The position numbers and the translations under genes are program-made. A stretch of DNA of 58,283 bases, counting the filler, from Sphacelaria rigidula (taxonomy: Eukaryota): NCBI GenBank assembly GCA_964200075.2. It is 7 parts of 7 records of this genome, joined end to end, with 100 filler letters (N's around TTAATTAATTAA, not from the genome) between each part and the next. Parts side by side here need not be neighbours in the genome. Positions count along the whole stretch, not along the records: positions 8,342 to 16,582 come from CAXNAA020011807.1; positions 16,683 to 24,923 come from CAXNAA020011808.1; 5 more parts are not named here. One strand, 5' to 3'. The notes under the pieces are model-generated. The model did not search any database. It saw nothing but the letters and a program-made list of their open reading frames with translations, and was not told where the DNA came from. Below are positions 11,401 through 22,822 of this stretch, one piece after another (within the stretch, counting starts at the first letter, position 1; every line of letters begins with the position of its first letter).

Positions 11401-13941
11401 GATGTGCCGGCCGCGAGGGGGGGGTGACGGAGACGATTGAGGTACGGTGCACCTGTGTCAAAGTTCCGTCTTTGGTTTAAGTGCGTCGTTGTACACATGT
11501 TCCTCGAATGACTCTTCCTAGCTAGGACAAGCCGCACTTTTGGGGAAACGTCTCCTCGATCTGAACAAATGTAAAGACTCGGATTATCCGAGTTCCTCTC
11601 ACAGACCCTTGGGCACCCTCTCTCCAACTATACAAATCCAATGAATCGACAGGGCATGCCGGCATGCAGATCGTGCCTCGCTTCGCCACCTTCGTCTACT
11701 TCAACTGTGTGACCGGCGAGTGCCTTGTGAATGAAAACGAGTACATCAGGCGCTTCGTCTGCGGCTGCTCGAACTTGGATCCTACAAACCCTGACCGCGG
11801 AACGTGCTCGGGCGTCGGCTCCGTGAACGGTTGCAACAGCGACGATGACATCATGTCCTTCGGCTCCATCGACGCCATTTACAAGGCCGAGTCTGAAACC
11901 ACGTCCCGTTACATGCTCATGGGTCGCAGGTGCGCACGTGTAGCGGTGTTAGATGCAAAGGTGCTGCCACACGACATGTACACATGGTCGAGCACTATCC
12001 ACATATACGAGTAGAACATTCACGGAATGCCTTCACAAGCACGCGTTTGAGTGTGTGAGCCCCATTTGTGACCTGCCTCCTGGCGCAGAGTCATCCTACG
12101 ATAGGGGGGGGGTGTTTTGGGCCCCTTCTTGCACGAAATTCCAAGGCATATCGTCCTTGAGATCAGCAACGGTTGCTCGAGCGAGCTTCTTATAGATAAA
12201 TAACGCTCATTTATAACGATTGACACCGTTATGAACCAACTACAAGCGCATCGCGAGTGTGGCTGGTCGTCTGACACACTTTTGAGCCTTTTTTTTTCGT
12301 GCAATCAATCCGCCCCCCCCCCTATCGTAGGATGACTCCGCAATGCTTTTTCGCCGTACTGTTATTCCCCTGCGTGATTGCGGCCAAACCCAGAGACAAG
12401 TACATGTTCCACCAGGCAAACATCATACCGGCCGATGACCTGGATGGTCAGTCGTCCCTGGAGAAGTGGTACGTGGACGTTATGGCCACCCTATCCAGCT
12501 TCGTCACCTTTCCTGTTAAGGTAAAAAATACACCCATCACTAGAGACTCCCGGAAGTAGCATGCGCGTAGGCTTGAGTAGGGCTTGCGGATATCCACCGG
12601 CAGATGTAGCGATGTAGTCTTCTGACCAATACTTCGTTCTGACACGCTCTCAGGTCGCCTACTCATCGTTTCCAATACCGTGCAGAGAGCATGACCACCA
12701 CCACAGTACCGGTAGACGACAAAAGCTCCCTGAATAGGACAAAACAATCCGCCCAAAGTTCAAACCACCAACCCCTTCTTACCCCGCCGGTACTGTTGAA
12801 CCTACAGTCTGTCAAGTTCGACGACCTGTGCCAGAACTTCCAAGAGCACGAAGCCTTGGATGCGGACAGCCCTGTCGTGACGGCTTCCGTAGACGCTACC
12901 GGTGCTATCGTGGGCATGACTCTGGAGTCCACGGGCGTCGCGGGTGTGATCCCGGTTACCGTGCCCACGTCGGACGCTGCCACTGTAAGCATTTTTTACA
13001 TATGGTTTTCTTCCAATATTCCCATAGCTGTTGGCTTCCATTGCTGCTGATTTGATCGAGTCATTGCGGTTGTTTTGGCTTTTTGTTTTCCGAATATTCA
13101 ACTTTCCGTAGTTCGTCCCTGTTGCATATTGCCCGGCCTCGTGTTGACTTCGTGTGGTGTTGATTCATTTCGTCTGCTTCCCCTCTCCCTTCCCCTCCCC
13201 CGTCCATGGTCGATTTGATATTTCCACGTGCGTCCGCAGATTTCTCTTGGCAGCTTGATTCCCTACAAAACAGAAACGTACGGATCGGATACTACTTTCT
13301 ACTTCACCACTGGAACGGCACCCACGCCCGCGCCTAAGCCTAGCGCCAGGTTCGTAATCACAGAAAAGCTCCATGCATGATATGACGAAATATTGAGACT
13401 GGGATCTCTACTGGCAATATATGAGCACACGCACGCGCGATCGTCCATACGTCTACAAGGTTGTGCATAGTCAGTGCTTGAACCACAGTATTGAATCGAC
13501 CAGGTTGCTTTCAACGCGGTTGCCAACGTTTTGACTGACGGGATCTGCTGTGCAATGATCATGCTGTAGTTTACCATACCATTCAATACCCCCTCCCTCG
13601 TCTTCTTGCTTCCCGACTACTACAGCGAGCTCGCACCGATTGACGTGACCATGATAGCCGTAGCTTCGGTCTCGATGGAGGAGCAAGAAGAAGCAGCCGT
13701 TGAAGGCGTTGAGGCCGCACAGGAGATCGCTGAGGTAGCAGGCGAGCTGGGCTTCGTTGCCGCCGATCAACAGCTCTTCGAACCAGACGTCATCGAAATC
13801 CTCGAGTCCGAAGCCATCGTGGAAATCGCCAGTACGGCCGGGCCCATAATCCCGAATGCCACCGACCCTTCGACTACCCGTCCGCCTGTCGAACTGGTTA
13901 CGACCGTTCTTCCCACTCCGGCCCCTACCGAACCTGTCTAA
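8500..13941 (+). CDS. agd3: Agd3-like (CE18 family) putative polysaccharide de-N-acetylase; 5'-partial, 10 exons, ~640 aa visible
   Basis: Phase-consistent exons: 8500-8779 (WATKGVFMGERRFYLGAVVDDLF), 9208-9330 (EHAFNGAGI), 9704-9776, 10450-10656 (SHTLTH), 11038-11274 (SPGITGLFN...GDNT...TTVATNG), 11653-11929 (GMQIVPRFATFVYFNC), 12394-12520 (DKYMFHQAN), 12808-12984 (SVKFDD...IPVTVP), 13240-13349 (ETYGSD), 13626-13941 (acidic, Pro/Thr tail, TAA). The motifs and their order match Aspergillus Agd3 as I recall it; no search was run. Confidence 0.88.
10135..10345 (+). mobile_element. MITE family B (211 bp, TGT..ACA TIR, 4-bp TSD), in an Agd3-like intron
   Basis: Degenerate TIR ggtaatgcatgaaagaaccgcgt / acgcggtcctctcatgcattaca, flanked by GTAT on both sides. 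Homologous to 34641-34851 and 38509-38713. Confidence 0.85.
12088..12338. mobile_element. MITE family C (251 bp, GAG..CTC termini, 4-bp TSD; Sola-like), in an Agd3-like intron
   Basis: Perfect TIR gagtcatcctacgatagggggggg / cccccccctatcgtaggatgactc, with the direct repeat CGCA on both flanks (12084-12087, 12339-12342). Confidence 0.8.
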
Positions 13942-15399
13942 TGCAGTGAGATATTCTGGTCATGTGTAAAGGCTACTACCTGTGCATGGATGCACCACCG
14001 CTGTACATGGCTGGAGTGCAGCTGCCTCTGAGTTTTCGAAGGCATTGACTCGTAGTATGCAGTGTACCCAAGGGGATCCGTGTCGATTTTCGGTGAATGT
14101 TTGCACGCCCGCCGTGTGACGGGTCGTTTGTTCCCTCGTGCACTCATGCTGGTTACTTCAAGTTCTGCAGTTTCGGCTTTTGGTCCATTGAGAGAGGCTC
14201 GCTTCGTTGAACAAGGGCATGAAGAAAACACTCGTTGTTCACAATTTGCCGCAACGCTTTACCAGTCCCCGGTGCCCCAGGGTCACGTTTCTGTGCAATG
14301 CGGTGTATTTCTTGATGGCGGTATCTCTTTCATGCGTGCACTCGTTCAAGTCGTTAGTTTGATAGGGACCGTGGATCAGGTTTCCGTCGGCTATGCGTAG
14401 GACAACGTGCATATAGCTGTGTAATATTAATTCTCAGCGCCCATTGTAAGATGAGCGTATCATTATTGGGACGGCGCTGAAGGTTACAGTTTCCGTTTTG
14501 TTATGGTCGAATGGGTTTGATAAATCCTCCGCGAACGCATCACAGGTGCGTATAGCTTTGCAGCACAATTCTCCAGGCAAGGGTGCCATAAAACTGTGGA
14601 AAATGGCGACAAGGCAGATAGCGCGCCGAACACGTTTGGTGGAAGCAAATGTAAAAAATACGGTAGAACACGAAAGTCGTGGAGTACACGCAAGATATGA
14701 AGAATAATTGAAAACTGGCGGAGAAGAGCAGAAAGGTGCGAGAGTTTCGCTGAAACGGATGTGTTGTGGTCCTCTACTTGTAAAGGGAAACGTATAGTCT
14801 GCGCATTCACACGGTTGGGTTAAGCTTGCTGGAGATCGAGTGGGTATTCAGCAGGCAATTGCCACATAGGGAGCGACACGTTCCCTGTGCAAGCAACTCT
14901 TGCTAGCGGGCAGCGCGTGTAGGGTTGCTCTAATGCTTCACGCTGTCACCGTCGGCCCGTAAATAGCCGACGGCAGAGAAAGTTTGCCGCCCATTTTCGC
15001 GTTTGTTGGGCTTCATCCGATGCTACTCATGGTTGCGCACCGATGATTATCTCAGATAGTCCTGATAAACCACAAACGTTTCCCTTTCAACAGAAGCTTC
15101 TCGTGTTTCCCCTCTTTTTTAAAAGAGGCATAGGATAGTGTAGTTTGTAACAAGTACGAGTTCTTGAGGCACCAGTACTCAAGGTTCTCATAGAATACCC
15201 AGTAATTTGGGCGAGCGACACTTTAGGTACTCTGCTGGACTACGAGTATTGAGCACTGAAAATTCAGTGCGGATTCGGAGCAACTGTGGCTAATTGTCGT
15301 ACTCTATCTCAAGCTCACTTCTTGAATTCTTCGACTGATTTGCGATCGGGGACAGTCTGCTAAGCGCAGTCGGGTACTTCTATAACGACGGAGAGTATT

Positions 15400-15930
15400 T
15401 TGCACCCTGAACAATACAATATGTTGCCGGCGTAATATATATCGGTACCCTTGGACTGCACACGTATTGCGCGCCCAATATATATATTGGTGCCATAGGA
15501 CTGCGAACATGTTGCCCGCCCGGTATATATATATATATATATATACCGCATCCAGGACAATGCAAGATATTTTTAATGTATATTTGGTCGATGATATTGG
15601 AATTTTGCGATATATTGCCGGCGTAATACATATCCGTACCCTTGGACTGCACACGTATTGCGCGCCCAATATATATTGATGTCGTGGGACTGCATACATA
15701 TTGCTCGCCCAATATATATATGGGTACTGTGTAGGGTTGGACACATATTGTCCCATCAATATATATTGGGGTAGCGCGGGCGACAGCATATTGCACGACC
15801 AATATATATATATATATATATATATATTGGGGTCGTCTTGGTGAGAACATATTGACCGATCAATATATATATATATATATATGGGGTCTAGGTGGGTGCC
15901 AATGTATTAGCCGGTCAATATATATTGGAT
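15400..15930. repeat. AT-rich degenerate minisatellite (~38-40 bp units centred on ccaatatatattgg) with (TA)n runs
   Basis: The motif cacatattg...ccaatatatatattgg recurs repeatedly. A near-exact ~50-nt duplication is present at 15445-15490 and 15636-15680. Confidence 0.75.
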
Positions 15931-16582
15931 GTTATAAGTATGGTGTACCCTTTAAAAAAGATCCAGACGCGATGGATGCCGGAGCCCGTGCAGATTGGGA
16001 AAAGCTTCAAAGGGAGCCGCAGCAGTTCGCGTGCATTACTCCGGAGAGTTGTGGGATGCGTTTGATATATATATATATATATGCACACATAAGGGCTTCG
16101 GCGGCTTCCGCCGCCACGTTCAATGAGATCGATGGCCAAGGTACATGAGGACCGGTCATCGTTGCTCGCATTAGGTGACGGAACAGATCATAGCTTCAAG
16201 TGCAGTATATTGCGTTGTGTGCGCATGGAGACCCGTGTCCCGGGGGCAGGATATGAAGAAGAGGCTTAACGATGTTTTGACGATTGTACCGATACGGTAT
16301 AACGGGCAAAAGACTTCCTCCACCGTCGGAGAATAGATACGAAGACACTCATTTACGTTTTCCTCCCATAGTAACCAATAGGAACCCGATACCCGGGGAC
16401 ACAAAGACTTGCGACGGACACACACGAGTGTTCGCAACCATGAGTCCAGTTCTATTCACACGTGGACAAATAGCACCCTGTAGGACGAGCTGCACAGGGT
16501 TCTCCGCAGTCTTTGTGAAACCTCCTGTAACAACAGCCGATTTTATATTTCGGGGTTCATACAAAATATGGGGTTGAAGTGG

Positions 16583-16682
16583 NNNNNNNNNNNNNNNNNN
16601 NNNNNNNNNNNNNNNNNNNNNNNNNNTTAATTAATTAANNNNNNNNNNNNNNNNNNNNNNNNNNNNNNNNNNNNNNNNNNNN
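16583..16682. other. Artificial contig linker
   Basis: N44-TTAATTAATTAA-N44. Confidence 0.98.
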
Positions 16683-16769
16683 GTCATCGCCAACCGACGC
16701 CAACCCCATCGGGGGTCCGTCCCTACAAAGCCGGGACGGAGCACGCCGGGTTCGCGCCGGGCCAGGCTA
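16683..16769 (-). mobile_element. Partial copy of short dispersed element D (TAGCCTGG terminus) at a contig edge
   Basis: Reverse complement of the element at 49690-49821 and 58172-58283. Confidence 0.8.
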
Positions 16770-17696
16770 CAGGGGTGAAGAGGGGGGGGTCAACACCGGG
16801 ATACATAATGGTTAACTTGATTGACAGCCAACACACTTTTGGCTTAGAAGCAATTAACCCAGAGACAAATTGTTCTGAGAGAAGGTATGGCGCCCAACGG
16901 GTTAAGAATCCACGCTTTTGAGCGATTTTGGATGCAAGGAGCACGCCAGCGCAAACCTGGACCGACAGTATCACCGCTTGGACCTCCATTTGCCACGATT
17001 TACTTCATGCACTACGTGGTAAAAGACTCCAGGGGGCAGGACAGAACAAGCAAGTGCCCAAGACATCAGTATGCGAGACTTGACGCAACACGTACCAGGG
17101 CGTCATGTGCTCCTCAAAGCGTCGATTCGCTCGAAACAAACTGAAATCATGTCTGCCGCATTGTTTGGGTCACCACGTATTAACTTAACATGCTCACGTC
17201 GACGTAGTCATGGAGCGGGGTGTGGGGAACGCGGCGAACTGCTTACCGGCACGGAGGAGACGCAACATTCACGCCGAACAGCGACTCAGAGTCTCAGTCA
17301 AACAACACAGCACCAAGAGGATGAGCATCCATCCGTCCTGAGGCATCCGGATCATTCTCGGATGCGGTGTGGTTGGTGAGATAGATAGATGTGTATCACT
17401 TTGTTTCGCGGAGTACCTCCGCGGAATCTGCGGGAAAACAGTCAATACACATTACCACAAGCGACCCATGACAGACCAACCATGTATGTGAATAGTTGCG
17501 CAGCCGATACAAATTGCCAGCAGCTACCCGAGGTATGTCTCGTTACTGGGTATTTCGTGTGAACCAGAAAAAGATACCGTGAAAACCAACAAAAAACGTC
17601 GGTCTCTCGGCTGCTGCTGCCATCATGTACCCCTCCCTGAAGACCAGTACAATCATACGGCCTACTGTTCATCGCAACTGTCTCCAGATCGCTCAC

Positions 17697-20600
17697 CTCC
17701 AGCAATCTCGCTCTGGCTGATGAGCTGCTTCAACAAAGGCAGCAGATGGAGCAGCTCCTCGTCTGCAGTATCATCGAACCAGCTCTCGATCGGAATACCG
17801 TTATCGATCTGATTAACAACAATGTGAAAAGTTGGAATCGCCGTGGGAACGGAGAAGAACAAGTGGGGTGGCAGGGGGAGGCACAATTGATTAACCGAGG
17901 CAGAGATGAAACACAGCCCGCCGCGACCTTCACACCACAGCAAGGGTTGCTCCACAGACTAGGGACCTTCAGCACAAAGCGTAACCTCTTCCTCGTGTCT
18001 TTTTCCCATCATCGCATCAACCCCTCATTCAGACCCACCGTCGGAAGGCTGATGATCCCTGGGTAATGATGCATTCGACTTAGCTCGATAAAAGTCGTAC
18101 ATGACGTCACATCAATGCGAAGAAGAGGAAGTCCGCCCCACCATGATCTTCTAGACGAGTTTCTCGGGCTTCCACTACAAAACCATCATATCATGTATGT
18201 AGTATGCATGCATGCAGTCATATACGTATGCACGGACATGATATTAAACAAACTCCGGGTAAATTCTTGAAAATGTCAAGAGCTATTACCTACTGTACTC
18301 GAAACAAGCACACAGAGTTCTGCTCATCGCGCTCAAAGTGCTGTCGAAAATCCTTTAAAGACGGCGACCTTCTTGCATTACGATTTTTTGCTTCATCATA
18401 TTTTCAACTCTCTCTGGACAACTTTGTAGTTTGAAGGGATACACTGTTCTCATATCTTCCGCGGAATCGTGTCTACTTTGCAGTGTATGGTCGAGCAACA
18501 GATTGGCACTCTCACACTACGCCAAATTTTACGGAATCATTTGCCGTCACACTTTCAACTCCCCCCCCCCCCGGACAAAATTGCAGTTTAAAGGGATACA
18601 CCGTTCCTACATCTTCCTTGCAATTTTGATCGAGCAACAGATTACCACTCCTACATTCAGTCTGATGTCACCGAATTATATGATATACGACGACAAAGAA
18701 CGAGGCCACTTCAACCAGGGCACACGCCACAAGAGCAGTCACGATCGACACAGTTGTACAAAAATACCTATTATTCACCAATCAGAAGAGTTGCGTGCGA
18801 TTTTTTCAGGGAAAAAAAAAAAAAATCATGAATTTGCTTATACCTTATTTAGGGCAAACAGTATGTCATTGCGACAGGCCTCCGCATCAAATACCCAGTA
18901 CAACACCAAAAACATCAACGAATTTTGTAGTCCGCATTTCCCTCGATTATATATGATTTCTACTTTTCACTGCTTTGCCAAAGGGGCAATTATGTGCATG
19001 TACACCCTCCTCCACCCGACTGCTGGTGTATCCTCTTCTTTGAGGCAGGTCCAGGTCCCTCCATCCGACACCGCAGCCTCAATTGTTTTCGGCGTAGTCC
19101 ATTCGGCCGTGCAAGCATGTTTTCATACCCATCCCTTCTCTCATCCCCCCGTACATACTCAGGTGCTTTTCCTCGTCCATACAACAACAACAAGGGCGTT
19201 CAGCGTAGAATACTACACAGCTCACCTGAAAGCCGTAAGCATACGGCGAGTTGTCAACGATGGCCACCTTGGACAAATCTCGACCCAGCACATTTAGGTC
19301 CTTGAGATAGTTGCCTTCTAACGCCATACACGCGTCACGGTATAGTCGGTATCTGCCTCACGCCGACAAAGAGCGAACGGGGCATCAATATGTTCGTCCG
19401 AGAGAGATCGGAGGCGCAAGGAAAAAAAGAAAAAAAAACAGGCACGAGATCGGGACCCGGTGATCAATAGAAGAACCAACCCTTAGTGTCGTCACTATGA
19501 AAATATGGTGTGTCCTGGATAGACACACGTCATAATTTGTCCACTCGACCTTTCCAACAGTCTGGTGGGTTCACGCTAATCACCCTAAATTGTGTCTTTA
19601 GCAAATGCCTTCAGCGATGCCTACCCAGTTGCCGCATGCATGGTATCATCCTGACCGCCATGGACAACTGAAGAGGGAAACATACCCGAATACTTGTTCA
19701 AGACCCTAGTGGTGGCGCTGAGGGCGAATAAAGGGCGAAAATTTACGTCGACCAATCAGCAGCCTTAAAATTGTTCTGAAATTAAAAAATGCGGAGTTCC
19801 GAGCCAAATTTCTAGCCATTCTACAAATACTTGAATGTGCAATAACCGCCATCAGCTCGAGAACCTGACGGAAAGACAAATTTGAGAATCGTTTACATGG
19901 GATCGAGCTACACTCCAAACCGTGCCATTTCGGTGATGTGGGGGTTTTGGTGTCTTCGAGTTTCCACTAATGATACTCTGCACGGTTTTTCTTATCTGAT
20001 CACGCCAAACTTGCGAACTAGGTAGGAGTTGATGCTTCGAATAACAAATGAATCATTGAAAATAGTTCCAAGTTTTCTACGCCCTTCATCGGCTTCTGGG
20101 GGTCCCCGCGAGATGACCCGCAAGAAGTCGGTACAGAATGCTCGAGCATGACAAATTGATCATGCGTCCCGGCATAGTCCAAGGAACACTTGTACGAGAT
20201 GTCGTAGCGTGACACGAAAAAATGATGCGCTGCGATCATTTTGACGTCACAAGTACCCGAAAAGGCCGTTTCAGAACGATGAAAAAGTATTCCGAGTTTA
20301 AACCCTCCACGCCTCCGTAGTCGCACGAGAGCACAAGGCAGAACGCCGATTCTTGGGGTTCAACTCCGAAAAAATGCACGAAGATTGTAGGGGACATTTC
20401 GGAACTTTCAAAAATTGGTTTTTTTCCTTCCGCCGGATTTCGGGGGTCCAAGAACCGCATGTTACTCCCCAGGAACCTGGAACCCCCGAATCACCGGCGA
20501 GAATACAAAACGTGGGAAACTCAATTCCTCGGAAGCTTCGGAAAGCCTCAGAAATGCATGTGTGTAAATTTTTAGTCTTGACTCCAGGAATCGGCGTGAG

Positions 20601-22753
20601 GCCACTTCTCATAGTCAGAAAACAGGCTCTCTGAGAAATGTCCTTTTCAGCCTTCCATCGCGGATTTTTTGGCGGAATACAGGTCTTGGCGGATTGGGTC
20701 TCCTCTCGAAAAAATGTATGTTTCTCAAAAGGATTCTAGCGGGGTTTTTTCAATCTTTCGAGGACCCGGTTTTACTTTTGGTCGGATTCCCAATTTTTGA
20801 GTCTACTGCGCCGGTCGCCCAGGTGGCTTAGTTGGTATCCTCGAAACCTTCTGACGGTTGGTTGGGTCGTGGGTCGCGAATCTTGGTGCGGTCACAAGAT
20901 CTGGGATTATTTTCAACACCATACCTAACAGTGCAGAGTTACGATGTCCTGGGTACATAAAATTCGACTTGATCTAGGATTATATTTCAAACACCATGCA
21001 CAACAGTGGAAAGCGGTTATGTCCTGGGTATATAAAAAATGACTTGACGGTCGAAGGAGGAGGGAACGGCTAGACCCCTCTCGCGATGAACAATCAGGCG
21101 AGTGCCGCAGAAAGAAGGTGAAGTACTAAAACAAAATAAAAATAAAATAACTCCTGTGTTGGCCTTCCTGTATGACCCCGGCTGATGCACCCACATGTAC
21201 CAAACAGTGTAGACTGGCATGCGGGATAAATGGGATGCCAACACCCAATACACACGCTGAGAAGGTAGGGAATCAGATCAGAAGTGAAACTGGGCGCACG
21301 AAACATCGGGAAAATGTTCTAGAATCCTCTTGGAAAGCATAGCAATTTTTTCAGAGGAGATCTAATCCGCCAAGGCCCGGATTCCTCCAAAAATCTGCGA
21401 TGAAAGGCTCGAAAAGGCCATTTTTCCGAGAGCCCGTTTTCTGACTACAAGAAGCACCCTGAACATGGAACATTTGAACATTTGCAGATAAGTGAATTCG
21501 GGGTCGAACGCGTGAACCAACCAATCTGTATGCAGGCGTCGTCCATCCACCAGAAATAAGTATTCCAAATATCCCCTGATTTTGAAGCCCGTTTAACTCA
21601 TGTCCACCTGGGGTACGGAAGGTTGACGGGATGAAAAACTCTCAACGCTCCCACCCCCCACCTCGAACACGACTGCACATTCATCAACCCTTGGACTACG
21701 AGAAGTTCAGGATCTTTACAGCAGAGGAAGCCGCTCACGATGCTTGATGCATAACAGCGTTGTGTTGACAAACGTGCACACGACAGACCACTCATAAGCT
21801 ACCTGAACATGAACTATCATTAGCGTACACATCCAGATCATGGGCTAGCTCATTTAGCCCCTTCTTCCATACTTGCTCCCCATAGCGCTGGGCGCCGAGC
21901 ACACCAAGTAGCGCAAAGGAAGCGCTTTGGCTTTTTCTGACTCCGCGATCACATATTCTGTGTTCTGGGACAAGGGATCTGAGAGTACTCTCCGACCAGC
22001 TATTGAAGGTAGGTAGCGCATGAGCTGTCCGACGTATGCGAACGTGAACTCGTGTGGAGTGATTCCAGGTCAACACGGTTCATGCAGACAACATGTGTCA
22101 TCTGGTCTTGAGCCATTTTCAAAGTGAACATAGTAGCGACCTAACAGATAGCACGGGTACGAATCTCGTGTATAGATGTCCGTGGTCACCTGTTGGGGAA
22201 GCACGGGTTGTGTTACTCAACGACCCTTGAATAAAAATGATGCAATGGGCCGTGTACAATCGGTACTGAAATGTGAAAGCAGCAGGTTGCTGACTTGGCA
22301 AACTCTGCCCCAGCGTTGAAAGACCAGGCGATCTATTCAATCTGCCTCATTTAAACTTGCAAAAAACCATAGTACACCCATATGACTCACCCTGGCGGCG
22401 AAAGGGTTCAGCATAAACGACTCAGCTAAGACCAGTAATTCGAAGGACGAAGGGCCATCCATCATCAAGCAATCATCTCAACCGAAGAAAAAAAAATGCG
22501 GGCAAACGTCAGGTTTCCTTTCGATAAACTCATTTCGGACAGGTCAACTACTTCGCATCCATCATCCCGACTTCAAAATATACTGAGGGGGGGATTTTCC
22601 ATAGTCTCACTTGACGAACTTCTTTTGTGGGTCGATCATGTTTAGAAGTCGCTCCGCGTAAACCCGTTGGCTGGCGGTGAACACCACCACCTCAAACAGC
22701 TCCGAAACCGCCTCCAAAAACGCATCCAGATGAGGTCGCTTGCGTACGTACAC
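17697..22753 (-). CDS. CTDSPL2: CTD small phosphatase-like (NIF/FCP1-SCP family, CTDSPL2-like); three internal exons, partial at both ends
   Basis: Minus-strand exons 22753-22611 ([42 protein letters not shown]), 19352-19226 ([42 protein letters not shown]) and 17808-17697 ([26 protein letters not shown]), all AG/GT and in phase. The DLDETL exon and the terminal exon were not found in this contig. Confidence 0.93.
20812..21255 (+). mobile_element. tRNA-derived SINE, full-length degenerate copy with an internal ~70-bp duplication, in the phosphatase intron
   Basis: Head ggtcgcccaggtggcttagttgg (A-box-like). The body is homologous to 50199-50567 and 52441-52805 and ends in a CA-rich tail. Confidence 0.8.
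21777..22038. mobile_element. MITE family A copy (8-bp TSD)
   Basis: Degenerate TIR cacacgacagaccactcataagctacct / aggtagcgcatgagctgtccgacgtatg. Flanks caaacgtg and cgaacgtg match at 7/8. Confidence 0.75.
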
Positions 22754-22786
22754 CTTCACAAATGAGGAACCGCAGCAAAAACACGG

Positions 22787-22822
22787 CAACAGCAACAGCA
22801 GCAGCAGCAGCAGCAGCAGCAA
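22787..22822. repeat. (CAG/CAA)n microsatellite, intronic
   Basis: caacagcaacagcagcagcag... lies ~35 nt on the intron side of the phosphatase exon acceptor. Confidence 0.9.

Noticed and set aside
16830-17150. Candidate last exon of the phosphatase
   Set aside because: The acceptors tested gave no DVR-like family sequence, so the terminal exon is unresolved or off-contig.
18431-19297. 288-aa plus-strand ORF
   Set aside because: It is antisense to an intron and exon of the phosphatase gene and has no recognisable motifs.
270-22753. Apparent clustering of a CTD kinase and a CTD-type phosphatase as a functional module
   Set aside because: They lie on different contigs joined by artificial linkers, so the adjacency comes from size sorting.
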